The notes under the pieces: model-generated
What the model saw: only the letters and a program-made list of their open reading frames with translations
The model's database searches: none
Told to the model about the DNA's origin: nothing
In this document: positions 54,429 to 61,671 of the stretch, piece by piece
Numbering within the stretch: position 1 is the stretch's first letter
Layout: each line of letters opens with the position of its first letter
Virus record (IMG/VR): IMGVR_UViG_3300028886_000037
Location: 96,001-160,000 of that record
Reading direction: 5' to 3' (one strand)
Length of the DNA stretch: 64,000 bases
From: a virus
Taxonomy: Duplodnaviria; Caudoviricetes
Program-made: the position numbers and the translations under genes

Positions 54429-55289
54429 GAGATAGTTTTTCTTACGCGCTCTACCAGTTGAGCTACCTCACAGCATGGCTGCAAGGACGTTAAAATACAC
54501 ATCTCAATAATATCTTCCTATTAGTAATTTATCAGAACTAAAAGCCGATGAATTACAAATATATTCTTTATATTTTGGTATATAACACTTAAATAATCTT
54601 ACAATTTCTGGCAAAAGAGGAATGTTTTCTAATTTTGCAAATTCTCTAATTGACTTATAATTTCCAGAATGGAAATAGTCCCATAATTCCCTTGCTCTAT
54701 TAAATGCACTTATTTTACTTTTGTTAAAGAGTATACTATTTTCTCCTCTAAATAGATTTCTTCCAAGAACCCAATCCTTATTAGGTAAAATTTTGAATTT
54801 TTTGCATTCTCCATTGATTCTATTCGTATACCATTTAGTTCCGTATTGTGAATTTTTATTTCCTTTTTGTTTCAATTTCATACTTTCAGAAACGTATTTT
54901 GCAAATTCTGTTCTAAGCTTTTCGTATGCTCTAGAATTCATATAACGACTCTTATCTTCTGTAGGATGTCCTCTCATCCTCCAGAAGGCATACATCATTT
55001 TTCTTCTCTCATCTGTTCCCTTCTTGAATATCTTTACCAATAGCCAATGACAGAGGAAATGCTCTCTAGCAGTCAAAGGAACTAAGTTATCACGTTGATC
55101 CGATCCTCCTAAAGAACTAGGAAGAATATGATGTTCTTCATAATAACCTTCCGGTTTTCCTCTTATCTTTGCCCTATATACTATTTTCAGATAAACTTTT
55201 CTATAATCCATGTATTATTTATACATTTCATATCTCGAACCCGCAACATCGGTCTTAACAGGACATTTGAGAGTTGCTGTAACTACCTC
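54429..55289 (-). ncRNA. ACAGCAA-scaffold RNA carrying permuted tRNA-Asn(GTT), interrupted by an HNH gene
   Basis: GAGGTAGTT/AACTATCTC stem; GTC-CT GTT AA-GACCG..GCGGGTTCGAG | HNH | CCTTGCAGC-CAT-GCTGTGAGG-D arm. Confidence 0.8.
54504..55211 (-). CDS. HNH homing endonuclease
   Basis: EEHHILPSSLGG...NLVPLTAREHFLCH; paralogue of 33649..34359. Confidence 0.88.
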   Translation of the reverse strand: MDYRKVYLKIVYRAKIRGKPEGYYEEHHILPSSLGGSDQRDNLVPLTAREHFLCHWLLVKIFKKGTDERRKMMYAFWRMRGHPTEDKSRYMNSRAYEKLRTEFAKYVSESMKLKQKGNKNSQYGTKWYTNRINGECKKFKILPNKDWVLGRNLFRGENSILFNKSKISAFNRARELWDYFHSGNYKSIREFAKLENIPLLPEIVRLFKCYIPKYKEYICNSSAFSSDKLLIGRYY

Positions 55290-55341
55290 TAAAATTCAAA
55301 CTGACCCTACTCACCTCAACGCGTCTTATTGGCTTTCAGTT

Positions 55342-55412
55342 AGCGCATGCGAGACTCGAACTCGCAGCCAGCGGCTTTCGACCGCCCGTTCTTCCATTGA
55401 ACGATATGCGTT
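55342..55412 (-). pseudogene. tRNA-like element with non-canonical anticodon loop
   Basis: D and T arms intact; GGCGG-TCGAAAG-CCGCT. Confidence 0.6.
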
Positions 55413-55427
55413 ATCAGTTAAACACAG

Positions 55428-55500
55428 CGCTGGAAGACAGGCTCGAACTGCCGATCGTCTGCTTACGAAGCAGCTGCTCTACCAGCTGAGCTATTCCAGC
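55428..55500 (-). tRNA. tRNA-Thr(CGT)
   Basis: CTGC-TT CGT AA-GCAG. Confidence 0.9.
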
Positions 55501-55504
55501 GAAT

Positions 55505-55656
55505 AAGAGTACCGGACCCGAGTTTCTTTCCAGAGCGTCCTCTAGTCTTACGCTCGGGTCCTAGATCAAATCGTGCAGTATGGCAGTGAGGTTGGTCTCC
55601 TTCTCACATCTACGGCGCTAATGCTTAAATCGACCAAAGTGTCGAACCGTGCTCTT
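55505..55656 (-). ncRNA. Candidate structured ncRNA
   Basis: AAGAGCAC/GTACTCTT closing stem, GGACCCGAG/CTCGGGTCC and TCGAC/GTCGA arms. Confidence 0.5.
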
Positions 55657-55700
55657 TTTATAGACATCTAAGCTATGCCTTGCACAATGTTGATCGTTAG

Positions 55701-55774
55701 TCGGGCATGCAGGATTCGAACCTGCGACCTGGTGCTCCCAAAGCATCCGCTCTACCAGACTGAGCTAATGCCCG
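55701..55774 (-). tRNA. tRNA-Pro(TGG)
   Basis: TT TGG GA loop, C1-G72 A73. Confidence 0.92.
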
Positions 55775-55959
55775 ATGACGCCAGTACTAATTCTTGCATG
55801 AAAGTTCCTGACTTGCGAATCTCCTATACTGAAAGAAAATATATCCGCGACGATCGGATGCACTTTGTAGTCCACGTCCAGAGTATGCAACCTCCAGAGC
55901 GTAGAGCCTCTGTTCTTACCACAGTTCATTTTCTATCGCCAGTGTGATCGGCCATTTAG

Positions 55960-56033
55960 TGGACACAGATGGGGTTCGAACCCATGACCCTCTGCTTGCT
56001 AAGCAGATGTTCTACCAGCTGAACTACTGGCCC
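55960..56033 (-). tRNA. tRNA-Ala(AGC)
   Basis: TCTGC-TT AGC AA-GCAGA, G3:U70, one bulged base in acceptor. Confidence 0.75.
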
Positions 56034-56051
56034 ATAAGAAGTTTCCGGTTT

Positions 56052-56130
56052 TTCAATATGCAGATCCGGTTCTCGACTGGATCTTTTGTTGTTGATCAAA
56101 ATATACTAAAACGAAGCGGAGTTGTAAATA
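56052..56130 (-). promoter_or_regulatory. Promoter + hairpin/boxA-like leader
   Basis: TTTACA..TATATT, AGATCC/GGATCT hairpin, TGCATATTGAAA. Confidence 0.65.
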
Positions 56131-56167
56131 CCTCCGCTTCAAAAAATTTGAATTTTTTTGATGGAGG

Positions 56168-56575
56168 TTACCTGATAGGATCCTTGAGCATGTTTAGATA
56201 CTTCAGAGAGCAGAAGGCATCCTTCAGAACGTGGCGCTTGTTGTAGTACTTGATCTGCCATTCGAACTTGCGGTATGGACGGTAACCGAGCAGCTGAGCT
56301 TCTGTGCCGTCTTCGCAGCGGAACCAATGACCGATAGGACTCTGACCTTCTAGCGAAGTTCCCTTGAGCATATCCTTGAGCTGATCAAGAACATAGCCTG
56401 GAATCTTTGCGTCTCCCGAGGCGTCTACTTCTGCCAGCTCTAGAATGCACTTAGCTTCGTAGTCGCTGTACTTGAATGAGATTCCGTTGAGACGGAGGTT
56501 GTTCTCCTTTGCCCAGTCCTTGAGCACCGGATTGAGTTGTTCGCGGAGAGAGTCGCACTTGCTAGAATTGAACAT
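56168..56575 (-). CDS. Hypothetical protein in tRNA array
   Basis: 135 aa, AAGGA RBS, TATAAATA upstream. Confidence 0.75.
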   Translation of the reverse strand: MFNSSKCDSLREQLNPVLKDWAKENNLRLNGISFKYSDYEAKCILELAEVDASGDAKIPGYVLDQLKDMLKGTSLEGQSPIGHWFRCEDGTEAQLLGYRPYRKFEWQIKYYNKRHVLKDAFCSLKYLNMLKDPIR

Positions 56576-56608
56576 GTCTTTATCCTTGTTGTGTTTGTTT
56601 ATTTATAG

Positions 56609-56699
56609 TTGAGCAGGCTGGATTCGAACCAGCGACGGAGGAACTTCCTCTCTAGTGGCTTCAAAGGCCACCGCCTTGACCAGACTTGGCGACTGCCCA
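56609..56699 (-). tRNA. tRNA-Gln(TTG) with long variable arm
   Basis: GTGGC-CT TTG AA-GCCAC; GAGGA-AGT-TCCTC V hairpin. Confidence 0.85.
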
Positions 56700-56705
56700 A
56701 GATAG

Positions 56706-56788
56706 TAGCCGAGGAGAGACTCGAACTCTCACGAGGTTGCCCTCCATGAATTTTAAGTTCACTGCGTCTTCCGTTCCGCCACTCGGCC
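56706..56788 (-). tRNA. tRNA-Leu(TAA)
   Basis: GTGAA-CT TAA AA-TTCAT. Confidence 0.9.
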
Positions 56789-56794
56789 AGATTC

Positions 56795-56986
56795 TTAGAA
56801 GAACTGGCGTTGTAACTTGAGCTGGCGCTTCTCAGCTTCGATCTTGTTTCGTTCCTTCTTGACCTTTCCGAGATCGATGCCTGCCTGCTTAGCGAAGCTC
56901 AGAGCCTTCTTTGACTGCTTAGCCCAGCGAGCGTTCTTCTGTTCCATCGTCTCTTCGACTCGTTCTTTCTTTTCCTTCGGTTTCAT
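56795..56986 (-). CDS. Small basic hypothetical protein
   Basis: 63 aa, GGAG RBS, TATAAATA upstream. Confidence 0.7.
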   Translation of the reverse strand: MKPKEKKERVEETMEQKNARWAKQSKKALSFAKQAGIDLGKVKKERNKIEAEKRQLKLQRQFF

Positions 56987-57019
56987 AAGATCTCCAAGTT
57001 TTTAGTGTTGTATTTATAG

Positions 57020-57091
57020 TGCGGGTGGCGGGGTTCGAACCCACGACTCGAAGATTAAAATTTAGTACTCTACCAACTGAGTTACACCCAC
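57020..57091 (-). pseudogene. tRNA-Lys(TTT)-like gene with unpaired anticodon stem
   Basis: Acceptor, D, T arms intact; CTAAA cannot pair with TCTTC. Confidence 0.7.
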
Positions 57092-57200
57092 GAGTTCTGC
57101 TTCTTTATCCAAGGGATGCAGACAGACCTTGTACGATGAACGGCAGTTTGGTGTGAGCTCGTTCGGGGTATCATGTGAGCTCATTGCCGTTCGCTCATAG

Positions 57201-57280
57201 TACGCCAGGCGGGCTTCGAACCCGCATTTGCAGCTCCAGTTACGGCTAACGGATTAGAAGTCCGACCCGGCTACTGGCGT
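57201..57280 (-). ncRNA. Arm-rearranged tRNA-Arg(TCT)-like RNA
   Basis: No D arm before CGGA-CT TCT AA-TCCG; D-loop-like GTAACTGGA hairpin follows it. Confidence 0.75.
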
Positions 57281-57289
57281 ATGTGTTTC

Positions 57290-57574
57290 TTAGACGCGAG
57301 ATCGAATCTTCTTGAGATCGAACTTCATCGCGGGATAGGTGCAGAAGCCAGAGAAGCCGCAGACTTCGTCGAGTTCTTCAGCTACGCCGTCTTCCGTGAG
57401 AACTTTCACGATGTCGGGCCAGTTGTTGTCGTCAACGAAAGCGCAGTCTTTGGGGAGCTTTTCGCTCTGCCCTTGCAGATAGACGGTAGCGACGCCGTAA
57501 GGACTGCCATCGTCGTTGTTCGCCATCACAGCTAGAGTCTGGCCGTAGTCGTATTTCGATCTTACCCATTCCAT
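57290..57574 (-). CDS. Hypothetical protein (DUF4313-like)
   Basis: PYGVATV.L, AFVDDNN, SGFCTYP..KF. Confidence 0.7.
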   Translation of the reverse strand: MEWVRSKYDYGQTLAVMANNDDGSPYGVATVYLQGQSEKLPKDCAFVDDNNWPDIVKVLTEDGVAEELDEVCGFSGFCTYPAMKFDLKKIRSRV

Positions 57575-57577
57575 GTG

Positions 57578-57919
57578 TTAGTCCTCCAAGAAGTCTTCGA
57601 AGTGTTCTTCAGTGACCGGTTCCACGTACTCGTAATTGTCGGAGTGAACCGTAGTGCCGAGGAAGGTCTTGAAGTTGTTGGACCAGAAGCTGTCGCCGTC
57701 CACGTAAGCGTAGTACTTCGGGAAGCAGCCGACCTTCTGGTAGACGTGCTTCATGAGAGCCTTGCCCTCATCCACGTCCTTGACCGTAGCTTCGATTGCG
57801 TCATCTTGGCAGATAACTCCGAGCCAGGTCATGCGGGCAGTCGGATTGACTTCTTTAGCCGCAGCCTGAAGTTCTTTGAGGTGATTGGTTTTGCCGATGA
57901 AGACGATTCGAAAAAGCAT
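57578..57919 (-). CDS. Hypothetical protein
   Basis: 113 aa behind promoter 57961-57992. Confidence 0.75.
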   Translation of the reverse strand: MLFRIVFIGKTNHLKELQAAAKEVNPTARMTWLGVICQDDAIEATVKDVDEGKALMKHVYQKVGCFPKYYAYVDGDSFWSNNFKTFLGTTVHSDNYEYVEPVTEEHFEDFLED

Positions 57920-58018
57920 AGCTTATTTCCTTGTTGAAGGTTTATCTCTTTTACATTGTAATTATAGCTTTTTCTCGACGTTTTGTAAACCCCAAAAATG
58001 AAGTTTTTTTCAAAATAG

Positions 58019-58091
58019 TCAGCGTGAGTGGGAACGATCCACTGACCTCACCGCCCCGAACGGTGCGCTCTACCAGCTGAGCTACACGCTG
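58019..58091 (-). tRNA. tRNA-Pro(CGG)
   Basis: CACCG-TT CGG GG-CGGTG. Confidence 0.88.
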
Positions 58092-58098
58092 AAATTAG

Positions 58099-58174
58099 CT
58101 GGGAAGGCAGGATTCGAACCTGCGATTTCTAGGGCATTACAGTGCCGTGGCATACCAGACTTGCCGACAACCCA
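58099..58174 (-). pseudogene. tRNA-like gene with 6-nt anticodon loop (CTGTAA), Asn/Gln-type body
   Basis: GGCA-CTGTAA-TGCC; U1-A72, G73; mismatches in acceptor. Confidence 0.6.
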
Positions 58175-58180
58175 ATGTAG

Positions 58181-58255
58181 TGGAGACGAAGGGAATCGAA
58201 CCCTTCACAGCCTGATTGCAAGTCAAGCTCGCCATCCTTGGTAACATGCATCCCC
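58181..58255 (-). tRNA. tRNA-Ala(TGC), atypical D arm
   Basis: G3:U70; CTTGA-CT TGC AA-TCAGG. Confidence 0.75.
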
Positions 58256-58259
58256 ATAG

Positions 58260-58342
58260 TCGGTACGGAAGGACTCGAACCTTCACGCCTTGCGGCATTC
58301 GATTTTGAATCGAACGTGTCTACCCTATTCCACCACGTACCG
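58260..58342 (-). tRNA. tRNA-Leu(CAA)
   Basis: TTCGA-TT CAA AA-TCGAA. Confidence 0.9.
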
Positions 58343-58346
58343 ATAA

Positions 58347-58395
58347 AGATAAAGCCGAATTGTCAATATGCAGATCTGCTTCACGAGCCGATCTT
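58347..58395 (-). promoter_or_regulatory. Hairpin/boxA-like leader
   Basis: AGATC/GATCT hairpin, TGCATATTGACA, TTCGGCTTTATCT. Confidence 0.65.
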
Positions 58396-58692
58396 GTAGG
58401 TATCAAAAGAAAAAGAGGAAGTCGAACTGACTTCCTCTTGAAATTTCGATACCAGATGGAAGTCAGCTATGGACTGATTGGCTTTGCTGCGATGTTGTTG
58501 TCTCTGCAGGCCAATTCAAAATCGAGTCCGCTATTCGGCGCAACAGCCAATTTGTAGTTGGCTTTGCCTTGATAAGATGTGATAGCGGTCAATTTCATTT
58601 TTGTGTCCAGTGCTGTTTCCAGCTTGTTACGTTTTATTTATACGACAATATAGATAACTTTTTGTGCTTTTCGATGTAAAACTTTGTTTACA

Positions 58693-59121
58693 TTACTTGA
58701 CGGCGTAGATTCCAGCTTCCTTGAGCAGCTGTAGTGCAGACTCTAGCTCTTTGCTCTCAGTCTTTTGCGTTTGCGGCTGCTGCTGAGACTGTTGCGTCTG
58801 CTGCCCCTGTTGCTGTGCGGGCTTCTGCTCAGCTGCCTTCTTGACGTAGTCTATGACCTGCAGAGAGCCGTCGAACTTCTTTACGTCCTTCGGATTCTTC
58901 TGATCCTGAACGACATACGTGATGTCGCTGTTAGCGGTCATAGCGCTCACCTTGTAGATGACAGTGAATCGATCATTGAGGACTACGCCCTCTGCTACCT
59001 TCGTTCCCTTCGGCTTTACTTTGATTCCGGCCTTCTTAGCGTCAACGCATACAGCGTTGATCATATTTGCCATGAGGAACTGGACTGGATCTTTCTTGAA
59101 CTTGTCTACGTTGACGTGCAT
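58693..59121 (-). CDS. Hypothetical protein with Gln-rich linker
   Basis: 142 aa, GAGG RBS, TATAAATA upstream. Confidence 0.75.
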   Translation of the reverse strand: MHVNVDKFKKDPVQFLMANMINAVCVDAKKAGIKVKPKGTKVAEGVVLNDRFTVIYKVSAMTANSDITYVVQDQKNPKDVKKFDGSLQVIDYVKKAAEQKPAQQQGQQTQQSQQQPQTQKTESKELESALQLLKEAGIYAVK

Positions 59122-59158
59122 TTGAAAACCTCTTTAGATTTGTACTTGTTATTTATAG

Positions 59159-59188
59159 AAAAAAGACTCTCAGTTTCCCGAGAGTCTT
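59159..59188 (-). terminator. Intrinsic terminator
   Basis: AAGACTCTC/GAGAGTCTT + T-run. Confidence 0.75.
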
Positions 59189-59193
59189 GATAG

Positions 59194-59266
59194 CAGCGCC
59201 TACCGGAGTCGAACCGGTGTTACAGCCTTGAGAGGGCCGTGTCCTAGGCCACTAGACGAAGGCGCC
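59194..59266 (-). tRNA. tRNA-Glu(CTC), second copy
   Basis: CGGCC-CT CTC AA-GGCTG. Confidence 0.92.
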
Positions 59267-59342
59267 GTAGCGAGATCAGTGTTGTTGCACTTACTTCACC
59301 TGTGCGGTACATCGCAGCCTTTTCAACTTTATCTCTTTGTAG

Positions 59343-59415
59343 TGACCAAGCCGGGAGTCGAACCCGGAGGTGCGGCTTAGAAGGCCGCTCGTTTATCCAG
59401 TTAACGGACCTGGCC
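59343..59415 (-). tRNA. tRNA-Arg(TCT)
   Basis: GCGGC-CT TCT AA-GCCGC. Confidence 0.9.
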
Positions 59416-59563
59416 ATATTGTTCCGCGACGGTCATCGTTCATGGGCATGCAGCATTACCAGTTTCGTCCATTGGCAGTTCTCGTTGGCGGAACGATCAT
59501 AATATAGAAAAGAAGTTCACCTTCGTAAACCCCTTCTCCATATTTTTTTAGTAGGCTCACCGG

Positions 59564-60190
59564 TTAGTAGTTCGAGATCTGACGGAACTTGTTAGTCGCC
59601 CACTTCGCGTAGAAGTACACGAACACGTCGATCTTGGACTTCATGATAGCCTGACCGAGCATCAAGAGATACGCGTAGAACTTCAGGATGCGGCGCCAGA
59701 ATGCCTTCTCGTCGACTAGAACCTGATCCTTCTTCCAGCTCTTGTTCTTCAAGCAGTTGGTAGCAGAAGTGAGGTACTCGTACACGCAGAGACGATTCTC
59801 GAATGTCATCGTGTAGTTGTCTTCGAAAATCTCATCTTCGTTGAACTGGTCCGGATGTACGCCTAGCAGAATCATCATCTCGGTAGCGAAGATCAGAGCG
59901 TCTTCGAACTCTTCCTTGACGTGTTCCCAGTTGCCCTCAGACTCAGCCATCTTCATCTCGCCGAGCTCTTCCATGACGCGCTGTGAGAGGATCTTGATGA
60001 TGAGCTGGTCGCGGGTGTTGTTGATGTCCAAGTTGCGGTGGATGTTGTATGGATTCTGCGGATCGTTCTCACCTTCGATCTTCACGTAAGCGTCGATGAG
60101 GCTGTCCTGCATCTTGAACATGCCAGCGATGATGCCCTGGTCCATGTACTTGACATACTCTTTGTTGTCTTTGTAGTCTGAAACGTTCAT
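59564..60190 (-). CDS. All-alpha NTP pyrophosphatase (dCTPase/dUTPase, MazG-like)
   Basis: MEELGE, KEEFEDALIF, LKNKSWK, Y.AK...NKFRQ..NY. Confidence 0.8.
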   Translation of the reverse strand: MNVSDYKDNKEYVKYMDQGIIAGMFKMQDSLIDAYVKIEGENDPQNPYNIHRNLDINNTRDQLIIKILSQRVMEELGEMKMAESEGNWEHVKEEFEDALIFATEMMILLGVHPDQFNEDEIFEDNYTMTFENRLCVYEYLTSATNCLKNKSWKKDQVLVDEKAFWRRILKFYAYLLMLGQAIMKSKIDVFVYFYAKWATNKFRQISNY

Positions 60191-60229
60191 TTTAGTTTTC
60201 CTTTCAAAAGTTAAGTAAAGCTTGTCTTC

Positions 60230-60784
60230 TTAGGCGAATGCGCCTGTTCCAAAATCTAGAATTTTCTTTACGTTCGCGGTATTCTCAATAGTCGCTTCGA
60301 ACCAGCCGTCAAACTTCTTGTAGTCAGAGTCCTTCGTCCAGTCGAAGATGAACAGAGGTCTGCCCTTGCAAGCGAGTTCGTTCTCGGTGAAGATCGTGTA
60401 CAGATCACGCAGCTTGTCGATGTTGTCGATGATGCCGTCCATCTGCTCGCGATCGCCAAAGTTCTTCACGGTGTCCATAGACGGGCATGCGTAGATGAAC
60501 ATGTCGATCTGAGAGAGGAAGTGATCCTTGTCGATGTACTCATCGTCAAATCGATCAGCGCCACGGAGAACGATGCCGTTCGTGAACTCTTCGATGATAG
60601 AGAATCTGTCGAACACGGACTTCTTGCCGTTGTTGAGATTTTCTTCTAGATAGTCAAGAACTTCTTTTGTCTGCATCTTCGGTCCGCCCTTTGATCGGAC
60701 GTACTCGAAACCGAACTTGTCGGCGATATGATTAGCCAAAGAAGTCTTGCCTGAATTGTCGCAACCGTATACTACTACATTCAT
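60230..60784 (-). CDS. dNMP (thymidylate-type) kinase
   Basis: YGCDNSGKTS P-loop, FDRF. Confidence 0.8.
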   Translation of the reverse strand: MNVVVYGCDNSGKTSLANHIADKFGFEYVRSKGGPKMQTKEVLDYLEENLNNGKKSVFDRFSIIEEFTNGIVLRGADRFDDEYIDKDHFLSQIDMFIYACPSMDTVKNFGDREQMDGIIDNIDKLRDLYTIFTENELACKGRPLFIFDWTKDSDYKKFDGWFEATIENTANVKKILDFGTGAFA

Positions 60785-60873
60785 AAGTTTACCTTCTTTT
60801 GAAGTTAAATATAATCATTTATAGAACACAAAAATTCCGCCCTTGCGAGCGGAACTTCTAGTGGAAGATCAGA

Positions 60874-61563
60874 TTAGAAGATCGTGTCTTCGAAGTCCTT
60901 GCGGTAAGCGTGGAGCGAGAACACAGTCTGCTGGAAGTTTCCTACCTTCATGCCGACTTTCTCTGCTACGTACTCGAGTAGACGGATAGAGAGGTACACG
61001 TCATTGCAGAAGTGAGTGTAGATGTCGCAGGAGCGCATCACGTTGTGCATGTTGAGCTTTCCGCCACGATAGAAGAAGTGATAGCCAAGAGTGCAGGGAC
61101 AACGGCCAACTCCAGTGAACTTGTCTGGATCTTCGTTCGGATCCCACATCGAGAGCCAAGCCTGACGAGTCATCGGGTCGTTCTTGAGACACTGGATGAT
61201 CTTGTCTAGCTGCTTGTTGCGATGGTAGCGCTCGTTGTAAGTGTAGCTCTGCTTGCCGTTCATCAGGAACTCAGTCCAGACTTCAGCTCTGAGCTTCCAA
61301 GCTTCACCTGGGTTCATGTCCTCAGGTGCGATACGTTCGAGAAACTCAGCGTCTGCCCACGGCTGCGTAACGCCAGTGATGTCGGAGGACTTAGCGTTCT
61401 GGAGAACCCATGAGTAGTTCTGGATCTCCTTGGTCTCGAACATCGGGTTCTTCTCGATGTCCTTGTTCTGGTAGGTTTTAGTGTGAACGGAGATGCCGTT
61501 CTCAGACACATCGCGCTTGATTTCGCCGTATGCGTCTTTCCAGTTAGCGTAGATTCTTGCCAT
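60874..61563 (-). CDS. Thymidylate-synthase homologue, dCMP hydroxymethylase/methylase type
   Basis: TRQA, CPCT catalytic Cys, MRSCDIYTHFCND, SLHAY. Confidence 0.8.
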   Translation of the reverse strand: MARIYANWKDAYGEIKRDVSENGISVHTKTYQNKDIEKNPMFETKEIQNYSWVLQNAKSSDITGVTQPWADAEFLERIAPEDMNPGEAWKLRAEVWTEFLMNGKQSYTYNERYHRNKQLDKIIQCLKNDPMTRQAWLSMWDPNEDPDKFTGVGRCPCTLGYHFFYRGGKLNMHNVMRSCDIYTHFCNDVYLSIRLLEYVAEKVGMKVGNFQQTVFSLHAYRKDFEDTIF

Positions 61564-61671
61564 GTTAGTTATTCCTTATAAGGTTGCTTAAAATATAGTC
61601 ATTCTAGCAATAGAAAAAATTTCGCACCAAGAACGGGTAGACTTGATGCGAAATTGTGCAACATGTTGCAC

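Noticed and set aside
46136-55289. CRISPR array interpretation of the ACAGCAA repeats
   Set aside because: Ends covary instead of being identical, spacing is irregular with tRNAs in between, and no cas genes are present.
45846-59502. Short ORFs overlapping tRNAs (e.g. 46171..46479, 49419..49646, 52776..53018, 55675..55947)
   Set aside because: They are translations of tRNA/ncRNA sequence without RBS.
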